From NCBI RefSeq assembly GCF_006345805.1, contig NC_042999.1, forward strand, positions 104,656,001 through 104,720,000: a stretch of 64,000 nt of DNA, given 5' to 3'. Positions within the stretch are counted from its first letter, which is position 1. The number at the start of each line of letters is the position of its first letter. This stretch comes from Octopus sinensis. Lineage: Eukaryota. The notes beneath the pieces are model-generated. The model did no database searches. It was not told the DNA's origin and saw nothing but the letters and a program-made list of their open reading frames with translations. Below are positions 1 through 12,231 of this stretch, piece by piece. The position numbers were made by a program, and so were the translations under genes.

Positions 1-1499
1 GTTTGACTTTATAACAATATGGGAGCGATGGCAACAATATTTTCGATAGGTTGACAGCTAACGATGTGGACATTTTATTGAACTATTCAGCATTTCTTGT
101 TCTTTTTTCAAATTTATTTATAAGTAGAATATTTATAAGTAGAATAAATGGCATTCTTACGCACAATATTATTGAAACCCATAGAAATGAAATTGAAATG
201 GATGAACTAAGCTGAGTTCATTCACCATGTTTGCTATCCCAAAACTCGAAATATCTGGATGGAAAATACAAAATATGTGGAATAAAGAAATCCATAAAAA
301 TAGAGAAAACCTATCAACAAACCTTTGACAAAACCTATACCTCTGAAAGAAATCTTAGGAGTTATATAATTTAATAAAATGTAATAGAATCAAAAGAGTA
401 TGAAGTATTTATTTATAACACATGAAATATTAAAATTAGGAAATGCTGTAGTCTTAAGCGTCCGCTGTTTCTAAACAGCGCTGAAATAAATACAGTAAAA
501 AAAAAAAAGCTACTCATACATTTATACGTTCAATAATAGAAAACTGCTCATATAGAAAACTACTCATAATGCAACCATGCATGTATAAGTTATGGAAATA
601 ATTATTCAGTTGAAAGCAAAAGTCCTGCCACCAGAGGCTACAACTGTCGATCTGTGGTTATTGTTACATCTATCTAGAAAGCTTCTACGTGGTCGCGCGA
701 ACTACTGAAAATAATTATAAAATCTCCTTTTAATTTATTTAATAATCTCTCACATTGCAATATGTAGGAATGGTCACGACTAAACAATTTTGATCATTAG
801 TCTGCTCATTTCGAAAGCATACATAGTTAAACAATAACAGGAAAAACAAGGACAACGAACACTATCCATCAAATATTTCTGATAATATACCATAATATCC
901 CAACATACCCATTGCATTTCGTCCTTTCTCTGCGATCTACACTAGTTGCGCCCTCATAAACCAACACTAGACCCTCTATGACCAATTTTTCAAAGAAGCA
1001 TCCACTTGGAATTCCCTTTCCCTCCTATTGTCTGTTTTCCTCAAATAATAAACTTTACTAATTCCAGTTGTACATTCAGTATACTAGCTTTATTCAGTTA
1101 TCTCTAGACTAAATTTATGAAAACTGCATCGTCTGATACCAAGTAAAGGAAAGAACTTCCTTATTATTCTTTCCCTATTAACCTGAATTCTTCTTATTAC
1201 ATGAGATGTACTAGAGCGGTGGACACTGTAACTTTTGATTGTCTTCGGGTTCTCTACATTTTGACTTCAAATCCTGCCGAGATCAGTTTTTCCTTACATC
1301 GTTTCGGGGTTGATAAAAATGAAATTGCAATCAAATGCTGGAGATGATGTGATCAACAAAATCCCTTCCCTCATAATAATAGGCTTTGTTTTAAAATGAG
1401 AAACTCTTATGTGAAATATACTAAGAATCCTTATTGTTAAATTTATTCGCGCCAAAAACACTTTGCAATAAACCATTTTAATATAATGATTGTCTGTTT

Positions 1500-2030
1500 G
1501 ACGTTGAGACCTTTTAAAATCCCTTAATATTTGGGGGCAGAATAGATTGTATGATTAATAAATGTGGTTTTTGGTTCAGTCCTGCGAGGCATTTTGGACA
1601 ACGTTCTACTGTTACATCGGGTTGGTTGAATCGTTTTCGTAAAGGGGATCTGTGTGAAATCCTGACGATAGGATTCTTTCAGTTTTAAAGTAAGAGAATT
1701 AACACGTTGTTCGGTTTAATTCATTTCTCGACTATTGGATCCATTTAGCGGAGTCCATTGTGTTGCAAGCATCCTGGACTATGTCTTTGGTGTGAGGATT
1801 ACTTCATCACTATCTTCCGCTTGAAAAAAGTCATAAGCACTGCTCTTCCTCCTCCAAGCCAGCATAAAAGAACAAAAATCATCCTAATGCAAAAGCTAAT
1901 TGGGTAAAACATTCAAAATACAAAATATAAAAGCTCTATGATATTTGATATCTCAATGCCAGTACATAGTAATTTCTCAACATAGAAGTGCATCCACAAA
2001 ATCTTACTGCAAGTCTCTTGAAAGTGATAC
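1500..2030 (+). mobile_element. Possible highly decayed mariner remnant
   Basis: GWLNRFRKGD resembles the mariner WFxRFRxGD motif; otherwise degenerate. Confidence 0.3.
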
Positions 2031-3039
2031 TTTTTCACTCCATGACTTCTTTTTACACCATTTCTTCCTAATCCTTCAAACCTTCTTAACACTTTGTTAA
2101 CGCCTTTTGCTCGTCTTCCTTTACTCCCTAGATTTTCCTTTCATTTTCTTCCACTTTGCTTTTAATCTCTGTTATGTCTTTCATTTTCGCATTCTTCCCC
2201 TCTCTAAATTTGTGCTTTTCTCACAGACATCTCTTTTCCTCTCTCATTCTATTTCATTCAGTTTTATACCCATTCTATCTTTCTTAATACACTCACTCTA
2301 TGAAAATTCTGTTTTTCCATTTCTTATATCTTGCTAAAACTTTATTTTGAAATACGTGATGCATGGGCGTTAAACCGATGACTGCTAATACAAAGGAAGT
2401 ATTTGTGTACTTGATAGTTTGCCCGTCGTATCAAAATACTTCGCGCGTTTAACGAGTCACGAGGCATTTGGTTCGCTTATTTAAGAAATTTCGTTGTTGG
2501 GTGTTAGCTCTTAAATTATAGGCCACTAATTAGCAATTTGTATGGTTTGTCGTTGTTACTTATCCTTGGTTCAACTTTGATCCACCAAACTCATTATCAA
2601 AGTGTTCCAGTCGTACCCGAACTGTCATTTTAAAAATCTAGAATTATCCAATTTTACCTTCCCTTACTTAAAGTTTTAGATGTTCTAGTTGACATTTATT
2701 TTAGTTCTCAAGCAAATGTTTCCAAATAGATACCGTGTAGCACTGTTTATATAAATATTTTTTGTTATTAAATGTCTCACAAAAAAGCTAATCATTTGGA
2801 CAACATTCCAAACGTGAGTTGCAGCATAGATTCAGGCGTGTGTTGTATGTTTGCAACAAATTACTAAAGAGTGATGGCGTAAGCACTTGGGTATAAAATA
2901 GTATTGTTCTAATTCCTGAAAAGTTTATTTGTAAAGTCTGTAGCATTTACAATTCGCTACTGCAACGTATTAGTCCTCGCTTAGACACATTCCTAAGAAT
3001 CAACAACAGTAGATTCCCACAAAACATTCTTTTCTACGC

Positions 3040-3220
3040 TAGGCACAAGGCCCGAAATTTTGGAGGAGGGGGCCAGTCGATAATTTCGAACCCAGTACGC
3101 AACTGGTACTTAATTTATCGACCCCTAAAGGATGAAAGGCAAAGTGAACCTTGTCGGAATTTGAACTCAGAACGTAAAGACAGCCGAAATACCGCGAAAC
3201 ATTTTGCCCGGCGTGAGAAA
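3040..3220 (-). mobile_element. tRNA-derived SINE, type M (central domain GCCTTTCATCCTTTCGGGGTCGATAAA, Meta-domain-like)
   Basis: B-box-like GAGTTCAAATTCC and a central domain shared with copies at 30292-30965, 32400-33065, 34655-35056, 42945-43155 and 56210-56400. Confidence 0.8.
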
Positions 3221-3908
3221 GAAAACTTGTATGATTATTTCCTAACATAATAAAGTAATGTACCATTGTCATGCGCAAATCTATTAAACTGCGACATTTT
3301 TACTCACGTCTGTTTACAGCGTAACCGTGTCATTTTGCGAAATTATATTGCAGCTCTCCCCTTCTGTCTCTCTATTTACACATAGATAAATACTTACACA
3401 AACACATACACACATGCACAGAGAGGATTTTTGAACAATTATATGCTTTGTGAACTTTCATTGGCACATTTCTTCACTCTTTCCAAGTCATTCGGGATTC
3501 ATAATTTACATCAGTTTGGCCATTTTCATGATGGCCAAGCTGATGGAAATTATGGTGATTCATTAAGTAAACACTTTTCATTAGCTGTAGAGTATAATTA
3601 GCTATTAAATGTACGAGACCAGAATAGTGTCAAAAGGTAAATGTAACAGCATTACTTAATTAACACCGGAACTAAATTACCGAGAAAATCTTTGGCCTAC
3701 GTTTTCGGACAAATTAACTACCAAATTGCAGCTACTGTAAGCGGATGTTTTACAAGAATAACTTATTTTGACAGAATTGTAATTATCTACGTCTTAAGAA
3801 ACGAGCATATCAGAGACACTTCCGTTAGTGGTGAGAGAATCATATCACTTACCAAATTTTGTCAGTAGTAAATATATTTCAATTATACATACATACATGC
3901 AAACATAC

Positions 3909-3974
<66 letters not shown>

Positions 3975-3978
<4 letters not shown>

Positions 3979-4083
3979 GGTCCCGGGTTGATTCGGGGTT
4001 AACCACAGTAAATAAGGTACTCAATACATAGTAGAGTAAAATTAATTTATTATATAGAAGGAGCTTCTACAGGACTAGAACTG

Positions 4084-4088
<5 letters not shown>
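3975..4088 (-). repeat. Short unique block between two (AT)n arrays, possible PLE terminal remnant
   Basis: About 113 bp bounded on both sides by long (AT)n. The minus strand begins GAAACAGTTCTAG. Confidence 0.3.
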
Positions 4089-4150
<62 letters not shown>

Positions 4151-4654
4151 CATGCAAACATATACATACACACACACACATGCACTCTCTCTCACACACA
4201 TATACACACACATATACATATGTAGCATATGTACACACATGCATATATACAGAGATATATGCAAAAGTATATTTTTCTTTATCTGCAGACACACACATGC
4301 ATATATGTATGTGATAATAATGTTTTCTGATTTAGGTACAAAGCCAGCAGTTTTGAAAGAAAGGAGTCTGTCGATTCCATCGGTCAATGATTTGACTGGA
4401 ATTTTACCTCGGCTGAAGTTAAAGTCAGAACGTATAGAGCAGGAACAAATTCATGTGAAAATAAATAAAGAACATATACTTAAATAAATACATATATTTT
4501 TTACATACTTTCCCGGATACTCTATTCTCTCTGACAAAATAACATACATATATACGAATTATTTAAATATATCGGGCTTTCATGAAGAAGCAAAGATATC
4601 TTTATGATATGCTTGAAAAATTGTTTACAGATAACATCAGGCTATATATGAAAA

Positions 4655-4700
<46 letters not shown>

Positions 4701-4707
4701 ATATTAT

Positions 4708-6745
4708 AGATAAGAAATGTGTTTGGTAAAGCACGTGGGTGAATATATAAGAAAATAGTAAAGTGTGAAAAAAACGACAGAAGGCTTAAATGTTAAAAAA
4801 TATATATTATTTGTGTCAAAATGTCTGGAGAATATTGGAAAAATTTTTTTCCTTTCCTTAAAATGACATAATTTTAAAATTTTTAAAGAAATTACCGGTT
4901 TCGCGTGTAGCTTTTCAAATTTCTTGTGACGTTATGTTTATATTGCATGGAATTATCGTTGTTTTTATTTCCAGGAGATTTCTAAATAAGGGGAGGTAGT
5001 GAGTGATTTTTTCCGGTGTAGGGGAGATAATCGCTTAAAAATTTTTTTTCCATTTCCTTGTTAATTTCTCTGTGTCAGTATGTTCGGATGGTTGAGTCTG
5101 GGTTTGTACTTTTCAATGAAGAATGTTTCCTTGTTCAGTCTCATTTGTGTTGATGATCCGAAAGCACATTGGTAAAATGGGAAGATTAAAAATTGTGGCA
5201 GTAGTTGTGCGCATTTCTCAATGTGCTCACTAAAAGGTATCATTCTATATTCTGGAATGCAATCTGTTGTCGATGCAGTGTGCATCTGCGCCTGAGTGAT
5301 AGTCCCGTGGAACCCACGTAGTCTTGGTGGCAGCCCGAGCATTTAATAACATAAATTATGTTTTCAGAGGCACAAGTAAAGTTAGATTTGATCTTAAATT
5401 TCTGTCCCTCTTTAAAGAAGAATTCTGATCCTTCCAATAGGTTAGGACATGTTGCACAGTTCGATCTACCACATTTTTTTACTTTTGCATCCGTAATTTT
5501 AGAAGACAATTTTGCCTTTGTGAGAATCTTTTTAAGTGATTTAGGCTGTTTGTAGCTTTTAATGATTTGGTGTATGTTTAGAATTTCCTTTAATTTTGGG
5601 TTTTTATGAAGTATTGGTAAATTCTGGGTGATGATGGTGAAGGCTTCTTTGTTTCTGGGGTTGTATGTAGATATGTAAGGTAGTATTTTCGGGGAAGGTG
5701 TGTTGTTGTGTTGAACTTTTCTTAAAGTTTCTATGTTGATTTCTGTTGCACGTCTGATCCCATCCTCTATGAGTTGAGCTGGGTAATGTCTGTCAATTAG
5801 GGTGTTTTTGAGTTCTTGCAGTCTAAAGTTCCTGGTATTTTGTTCTGACACTATTGTGCATATCCTTCTTGCAAGGTTGAAGGGGATGTTTGTTTTAGTG
5901 TGTCTTGGGTGGCATGAATTAAAAAGAAGGTATTGTTTGGCGTCTGTGGCTTTGTAAAAAATGTCTGTTTCTATTTTAGGTTAATTTTTTTAATTAGTAT
6001 ATCCAAGAACGGGAGCTCCTTTTGGTTGTATTCCATTGTGAACTGTATATTGGGTTATGCTGTTCAATAGGTTTTTAAATTTTAGGAGTTTATCTATGTT
6101 TTCATTCCAGAGAATGAAACAATCGTCTAGGAATCGTTCCAATTCTCTTTTATGTATTGAGAGAGGGAGTTTCCAAAGATTGATAGAGATTCCTGGTAAA
6201 TGATTATTTCCATGTATCCCATTGTTAAGTTCGCAATGACTGGTGCTGCCCTTGTACCCATAGCAATTCCGGATTTTTGACGGTAAAATGTATTGTCAAA
6301 CATGAAGTGGTTATTGTGTAGGATGAATTCAATTGATTTAGTAATGAATTCTTTACTGATCCTTTTTGGTATTTCTTCCGGAAATTGGTCTAACCAGAAT
6401 TGTATTGCCTCCAGTCCATAATTATGAGGTATACTGGTATACAAGTTGACTACATCAAATGAAACCAGGATTGTTTCTTCCTTGGTTTTTTTTGGAAGGT
6501 GGTTTAACATATCTAAGTCATCTCTGATATGGCTATCGATATGTTTAAGGAAGGGTTTCAAGAGGATGTCCATAAGTAGACTTAGTCTGTGTGTTTCACA
6601 GGTTGGGCCAGCTACAATGGGTCGTAGTTTTAGGTCCCCCGGATTAGGTGTGTGTATGTCTTTGGTGATTTTTTAATGGTTTCATTTATAATTTGACTTT
6701 TATGAATTTTTGGCAGACCATAGAAAAGGCTAGGTTTGCATTTAA
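4708..6745 (-). mobile_element. Penelope-like retroelement, inverted copy (left arm of palindrome)
   Basis: 4745-6745 is the reverse complement of 7002-9004 with only scattered small indels and substitutions. ORFs 6127-6573, 5240-5851 and 5061-5342 match the right-arm peptides. About 37 nt of extra 3' sequence (4708-4744) precede the (AT)n. Confidence 0.95.
4886..4925 (-). ncRNA. Identical minimal hammerhead ribozyme in the left PLE arm
   Basis: Exact reverse complement of 8827-8866. Confidence 0.8.
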
Positions 6746-8770
6746 CAATACACAATGGAAAGAACTGATAGAACTCCAAAATGATGAAGATATAACCATT
6801 AAGGAAGCGGACAAGGGAAATGCAGTTGTAATAATGGATACATCATACTACAGAAATCTTGTAATTTCCTTGCTTGATGAAGACCTACATTATGAAAAAA
6901 TTACCAACTACACCCCACAAAAAATAATGAAAACTCTATCTTCACTAATTAAAACCCATGAAAGGAACTGACAACCAAAGAGATTGATTTCCTAACAAAC
7001 TTTAAATGCAAACCTAGCCTTTTCTATGGTCTGCCAAAAATTCATAAAAGTCAAATTATAAATGAAACCATTAAAAAATCACCAAAGACATACATACACA
7101 CACCTAATCCGGGGGACCTAAAACTACGACCCATTGTAGCTGGCCCAACCTGTGAAACACACAGACTAAGTCTACTTATGGACATCCTCTTGAAACCCTT
7201 CCTTAAACATATCGATAGCCATATCAGAGATGACTTAGATATGTTAAACCACCTTCCAAAAAAAACCAAGGAAGAAACAATCCTGGCTTCATTTGATGTA
7301 GTCAACTTGTATACCAGTATACCTCATAATTATGGACTGGAGGCAATACAATTCTGGTTAGACCAATCTCCGGAAGAAATACCAAAAAGGATCAGTAAAG
7401 AATTCATTACTAAATCAATTGAATTCATCCTACACAATAACCACTTCATGTTTGACAATACATTTTACCGTCAAAAATCCGGAATTGCTATGGGTACAAG
7501 GGCAGCACCAGTCATTGCGAACTTAACAATGGGATACATGGAAATAATCATTTACCAGGAATCTCTATCAATCTTTGGAAACTCCTCTCTCAATACGTAA
7601 AAGAGAATTGGAAACGATTCCTAGACGATTGTTTCATTCTCTGGAATGAAAACATAGATAAACTCCTAAAATTTAAAAACCTATTGAACAGCATAAACCC
7701 AAATATACAGTTCACAATGGAATACAACCAAAAGGAGCTCCCGTTCTTGGATATACTAATTAAAAAAATTAACCTTAAAATAGAAACAGACATTTTTTAC
7801 AAAGCCACAGACGCCAAACAATACCTTCTTTTTATTCATGCCACCCAAGACACACTAAAACAAACATCCCCTTCAACCTTGCAAGAAGGATATGCACAAT
7901 AGTGTCAGAACAAAATACCAGGAACTTTAGACTGCAAGAACTCAAAAACACCCTAATTGACAGACATTACCCAGCTCAACTCATAGAGGATGGGATCAGA
8001 CGTGCAACAGAAATCAACATAGAAACTTAAGAAAAGTTCAACACAACAACACACCTTCCCCGAAAATACTACCTTACATATCTACATACAACCCCAGAAA
8101 CAAAGAAGCCTTCACCATCATCACCCAGAATTTACCAATACTTCATAAAAACCCAAAATTAAAGGAAATTCTAAACATACACCAAATCATTAAAAGCTAC
8201 AAACAGCCTAAATCACTTAAAAAGATTCTCACAAAGGCAAAATTGTCTTCTAAAATTACGGATGCAAAAGTAAAAAAATGTGGTAGATCGAACTGTGCAA
8301 CATGTCCTAACCTATTGGAAGGATCAGAATTCTTCTTTAAAGAGGGACAGAAATTTAAGATCAAATCTAACTTTACTTGTGCCTCTGAAAACATAATTTA
8401 TGTTATTAAATGCTCGGGCTGCCACCAAGACTACGTGGGTTCCACGGGACTATCACTCAGGCGCAGATGCACACTGCATCGACAACAGATTGCATTCCAG
8501 AAATAGATGATACCTTTTAGTGAGCACATTGAGAAATGCGCAAAGCAACTACTGCCACAATTTTTAATCTCCCCATTTTACCAATGTGCTTTCGGATCAT
8601 CAACACAAATGAGACTGAACAAGGAAACATTCTTCATTGAAAAGTACAAACCCAGACTCAACCATCCGAACATACTGACACAGAAATTAACAAGGAAATG
8701 GAAAAAAAATTTTTTAAGCGATTATCTCCCCTACACCGGAAAAAATCACTCACTACCTCCCCTTATTTAG
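6746..8770 (+). pseudogene. PLE RT/GIY-YIG polyprotein, frameshifted (about 650 aa when joined)
   Basis: ORF pieces 6693-6971, 7178-7600, 7684-7902, 8243-8506 and 8507-8770 join into one RT-thumb-ZnF-GIY-YIG chain. The breaks are mostly single-base losses in homopolymers. Confidence 0.9.
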
Positions 8771-8826
8771 AAATCTCCTGGAAATAAAAACAACGATAAT
8801 TCCATGCAATATAAACATAACGTCAC

Positions 8827-8866
8827 AAGAAATTTGAAAAGCTACACGCGAAACCGGTAATTTCTT
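8827..8866 (+). ncRNA. Minimal type I hammerhead ribozyme, U3-A8 core variant (PLE 3' region)
   Basis: AAGAAAT-TTGAAAA-GC(tacac)GC-GAAA-CCGGT-A-ATTTCTT: perfect 7-bp stem I, 2-bp stem II, palindromic ACCGGT helix III, GUA cleavage triplet. Confidence 0.8.
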
Positions 8867-9109
8867 TAAAAATTTTAAAATTATGTCATTTTAAGGAAAG
8901 GAAAAAAATTTTTCCAATATTCTCCAGACATTTTGACACAAATATATATATTTTTAACATTTAAGCCTTCTGTCGTTTTTTCACACTTTACTATTTTCTT
9001 ATATATATATATATTATATAATATATATAAGCAATTAAGATTCAAGTAACTTCCAATGAATTTACTTGAATGTGGTACTTAACTTAGATGCACCAGATGC
9101 TTCTTTCTC

Positions 9110-9161
<52 letters not shown>

Positions 9162-9207
9162 GAGTGCCACACACATACACACTCACATATATATATATGT
9201 GTGTGTG

Positions 9208-9459
9208 TGTGGTTCCAGTTGATTTAATCAACGGAACAGCTTGCTCGTGAAATTACGTGGCTGAGCGCTCCACAGACACGTGTACCCTTAACGTAGTTCT
9301 TGGGGAGATTCAGCGTGACACAGAGTGTGACAAGGCTTGCCTAGCTGAGTGGACTGAAGCAACGTGAAATAAAGAGTCTTGCTCAAGGACACAACGCTGG
9401 GAATTGAACTCGGAGCCTTACAATCATGAGTTGCATGCCCTAACCACTATGCCAGGCGC

Positions 9460-9460
<1 letters not shown>
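9208..9460 (-). mobile_element. tRNA-derived CORE-like SINE, type C2
   Basis: Head GGCGCCTGGCATAGTGGTTAGG, B box GAGTTCAATTCC, GTGTCCTTGAGCAAG core, and a tail shared with 23980-24355 and 42066-42395. Confidence 0.8.
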
Positions 9461-9519
<59 letters not shown>

Positions 9520-9521
<2 letters not shown>

Positions 9522-9705
9522 CGGGAAGCTTTATGAAAATAGACAAAAGACGAAGGCAGGTTTACGGAAATAAACAAAAGACGAAGGCAGGTGGAATACA
9601 AACAAACAATTGTATTAGTATGGTGCTCAGGAAATATAAATAAAACAAGTCTTTAACGTTTCGAGCCTACGCTCTTCAACAGAAAGATACACAGAGAAAA
9701 AAAAT
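9520..9705 (-). mobile_element. Short HHR-bearing element (probable solo PLE pLTR) in (AT)n
   Basis: Flanked by (AT)n and contains the HHR plus a 19-bp duplication (ACAAAAGACGAAGGCAGGT x2). Shares GGGA-GCTTTATGAAAA-like and GCTCAGGAA blocks with 39045-39205. Confidence 0.6.
9650..9687 (-). ncRNA. Minimal type I hammerhead-like motif, U6 plus extra-A variant
   Basis: Minus strand TCTTT-CTGTTGA-A-GAGC(gtag)GCTC-GAAA-CGT-T-AAAGA: 5-bp stem I, 4-bp stem II, ACGT palindrome, GUU triplet. Confidence 0.7.
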
Positions 9706-11166
9706 ATATATATGCATATATATATGCATATATATTTACGCTTATTGTCTTCCTAGATATTTTGTAGTGTGTCTAGGAAAGGATATAAGGGTATAAACAA
9801 TATATGTATTATATGTACTTATTATAATACATATACTTAGTTTTCGTTTCGAGTATTGTATTCTCCACAATATTTGTTATTAAATATTAGCTTTGTATTT
9901 GAATAGATTCTCTGATGTACGGAAATTTTAAAATTATATGAAGCCTGCACAAAAATATTCTCTTGCCTCAGTAATACACATATAGACAAAGTTACACACT
10001 CACGTATACACATGCACATACAAATACACACACATAGTCACACACCTACACACATATATAATATATTAAGATAGAGAATGACAAAGAAAGAAAGAAACAG
10101 AGAGAAAGAGACAAAGAATAGCGTATCGAATAATATATATATATATACTATTCTTTTGTTCGTCTTCTTTGCCTGGCTCTTTTTATTGCCATCTTCGTTT
10201 TCTTTTTCTTGTTTTTTAATTTTTAATTTAATTTTCTTCGTCTTTATCTTATTTTCCTTCTTTCTCTTCTTCCACTCTTTCTTTTTTCCTTCTCATCATC
10301 TCCATAGCTAAAGCCCCCCGCCTTTCCCAAATCCCCACAATTTTTACACCCTCAATTAAAGATAACCGCCTCTAGCCCCTGAGGCAACACGAAAAGCCGC
10401 CATTATTCAAACAGCGCAACCTGTCTATCCCATAAAACTCAATGTTTCCCATATTCCTCACCATGGCAACCAAACAGTAGCCCCGAGCGACTTACAACCC
10501 TCCTCACACCATTGCCCACCCCATTTTATCCCCCAGTGTAAATTTTGGCGCCAATCCGACCCCATCTACCGCCCCTTAAACCGTTCCCATCTCAAAATGA
10601 GACAAATAACCAAGAAATCAAACAACTTTTTCGCATTTCAGCTTTATAGATATTGATGGCGAGACGTAACCTATCAATAAACCGTGTCTGTCTTTTAGAT
10701 CTAGCTCCCGCTTTTTATATGTATATAGACCCAATGGTATATATGTTGTTTAATTTTCTTTAGGAGCTTCCTCGTTATCTCACTTCAGAATTATTAGCAA
10801 GTGTGTAAATGTCTTGTATTTTTTAAGCGTCACTTCATTCATAATTTATTTATACTCTTTTGATAACTACACATTGTAAAATCAAAGTTACTACATGAGT
10901 CTCATGTAAAATACGTGATGGATTGGTTCAAAGATAAGGACCTTTTAAAGAAGATTAATCATGTGTATACTTTTAAACATCTTTCGCACCTCTTGAAGTG
11001 GAAAATTGTTTCTGTGTAGAACTGGTCACTTCGGGTGATTGATTTTGATGTCCTTAACGGTATCTTCATTTTTTACTATTGCACTAGGGTTATTTTATAA
11101 ATATTAATATAAAATCTTTGATATTGTCCATTTTTCAATTCACATGATATTAAAGTTTTAATCTTG

Positions 11167-11198
<32 letters not shown>

Positions 11199-12231
11199 CA
11201 AATATATATATACATATACACATGTGTGTTTGTGTCTGTGTGCGTGCGTGCACACTTTAATATCATATATATACGAAATGTTATTAATTTATAATTGTTA
11301 AACAGGCGGCGAGTTGGTGGAGTTGATAGACCATGAAGTATAATGTCTCAGGTTATTTCTCGCCGAGATCAACTTTTCTTTCGCGTTTTCGGTCAATAAA
11401 AATGTACTCGCCGTCGATCTATTGATACCAAAAGTATACAAATAAATTATAAGTGAAAGTAACACATTTATTAAGATAAGCACTTTAAGCATTAAAAGTA
11501 CCAGACCAAATGCGTTTGCAAGCAATAATTCTACAGTAAGAAATTCATGGCTCTAGATTGGCAATGTATGAACAATCGAGCAGTGCCTTGCAGTATTTGC
11601 CCAGGCTCTTTGCATTTTTAGTTGCAATCCCGCTTAGGCCTAATTCAGTGGTAGACTTAATCCGGTTTCAGGTTTAATGCCTCCACCTGCCGCCTCTGTT
11701 GCTATAATGGAGTTTACTCTATTACTGGCATTCAGGCCTGTTCCTCCGGTTTGAGGATAAATCTTAGTCTTTCTCTGTCACTGGTCTCAGTGAATGTGAA
11801 ATGTGTCATAGACACTCCATTCCCTCTTGACTAAAACCAATAAAAAAAAGCAGGGCCATGCTAACAAATTCTTTTATTCTTTTATTACTTTCAGTCATTG
11901 AACTGCTGTGTTGTTGGAATCTACAAGTGTTTGTAATCGAACATATCAACCGCAGTCTGTTATTTATATCATCGGTGTCTATTGGGCTGAATGGCTAAGT
12001 TTTAACATAAAACAGACGCAACACTGCACACCAGTTCACACCAATATACGCAAACAGAACCTCACACACACATACACACACACACGCACAATACACACAT
12101 GCACACTCACACCCGCACGCACACGCACACCCGCACGCACACGCACACAGATACGTACACACACACAACCGCTTGTATGTATGTATGTATGTATGTATGT
12201 ATGTATGTATGTATGTATGCATGTATGTATG

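Larger units (their letters stand above)
6746..9004 (+). mobile_element. Penelope-like retroelement (Neptune type), 5'-truncated, right arm of palindrome
   Basis: PLE RT motifs KEADKGNAVVIMD (6801), FYGLPKIHK, LRPIVAGPTC, SFDVVNLYTSIP, GIAMGTRAAP and catalytic RFLDD (7615-7629). Linker Cys motif CGRSNCATC (8279-8305). GIY-YIG IIYVIKCSGCHQDYVG (8393-8440). 3' UTR with HHR, ending in (AT)n. Confidence 0.95.

Noticed and set aside
4336-4487. Apparent terminal exon GTKPAVLKERSLSIPS..
   Set aside because: It overlaps a degenerate minus-strand type M SINE (reverse complement of TACGTTCTGA..GCCGAGGT).
4745-9004. A-to-I editing imprint in the palindrome arm differences
   Set aside because: The few substitutions seen are mostly transitions of mixed polarity and one fits CpG decay, so there are too few to distinguish from ordinary mutation or error.
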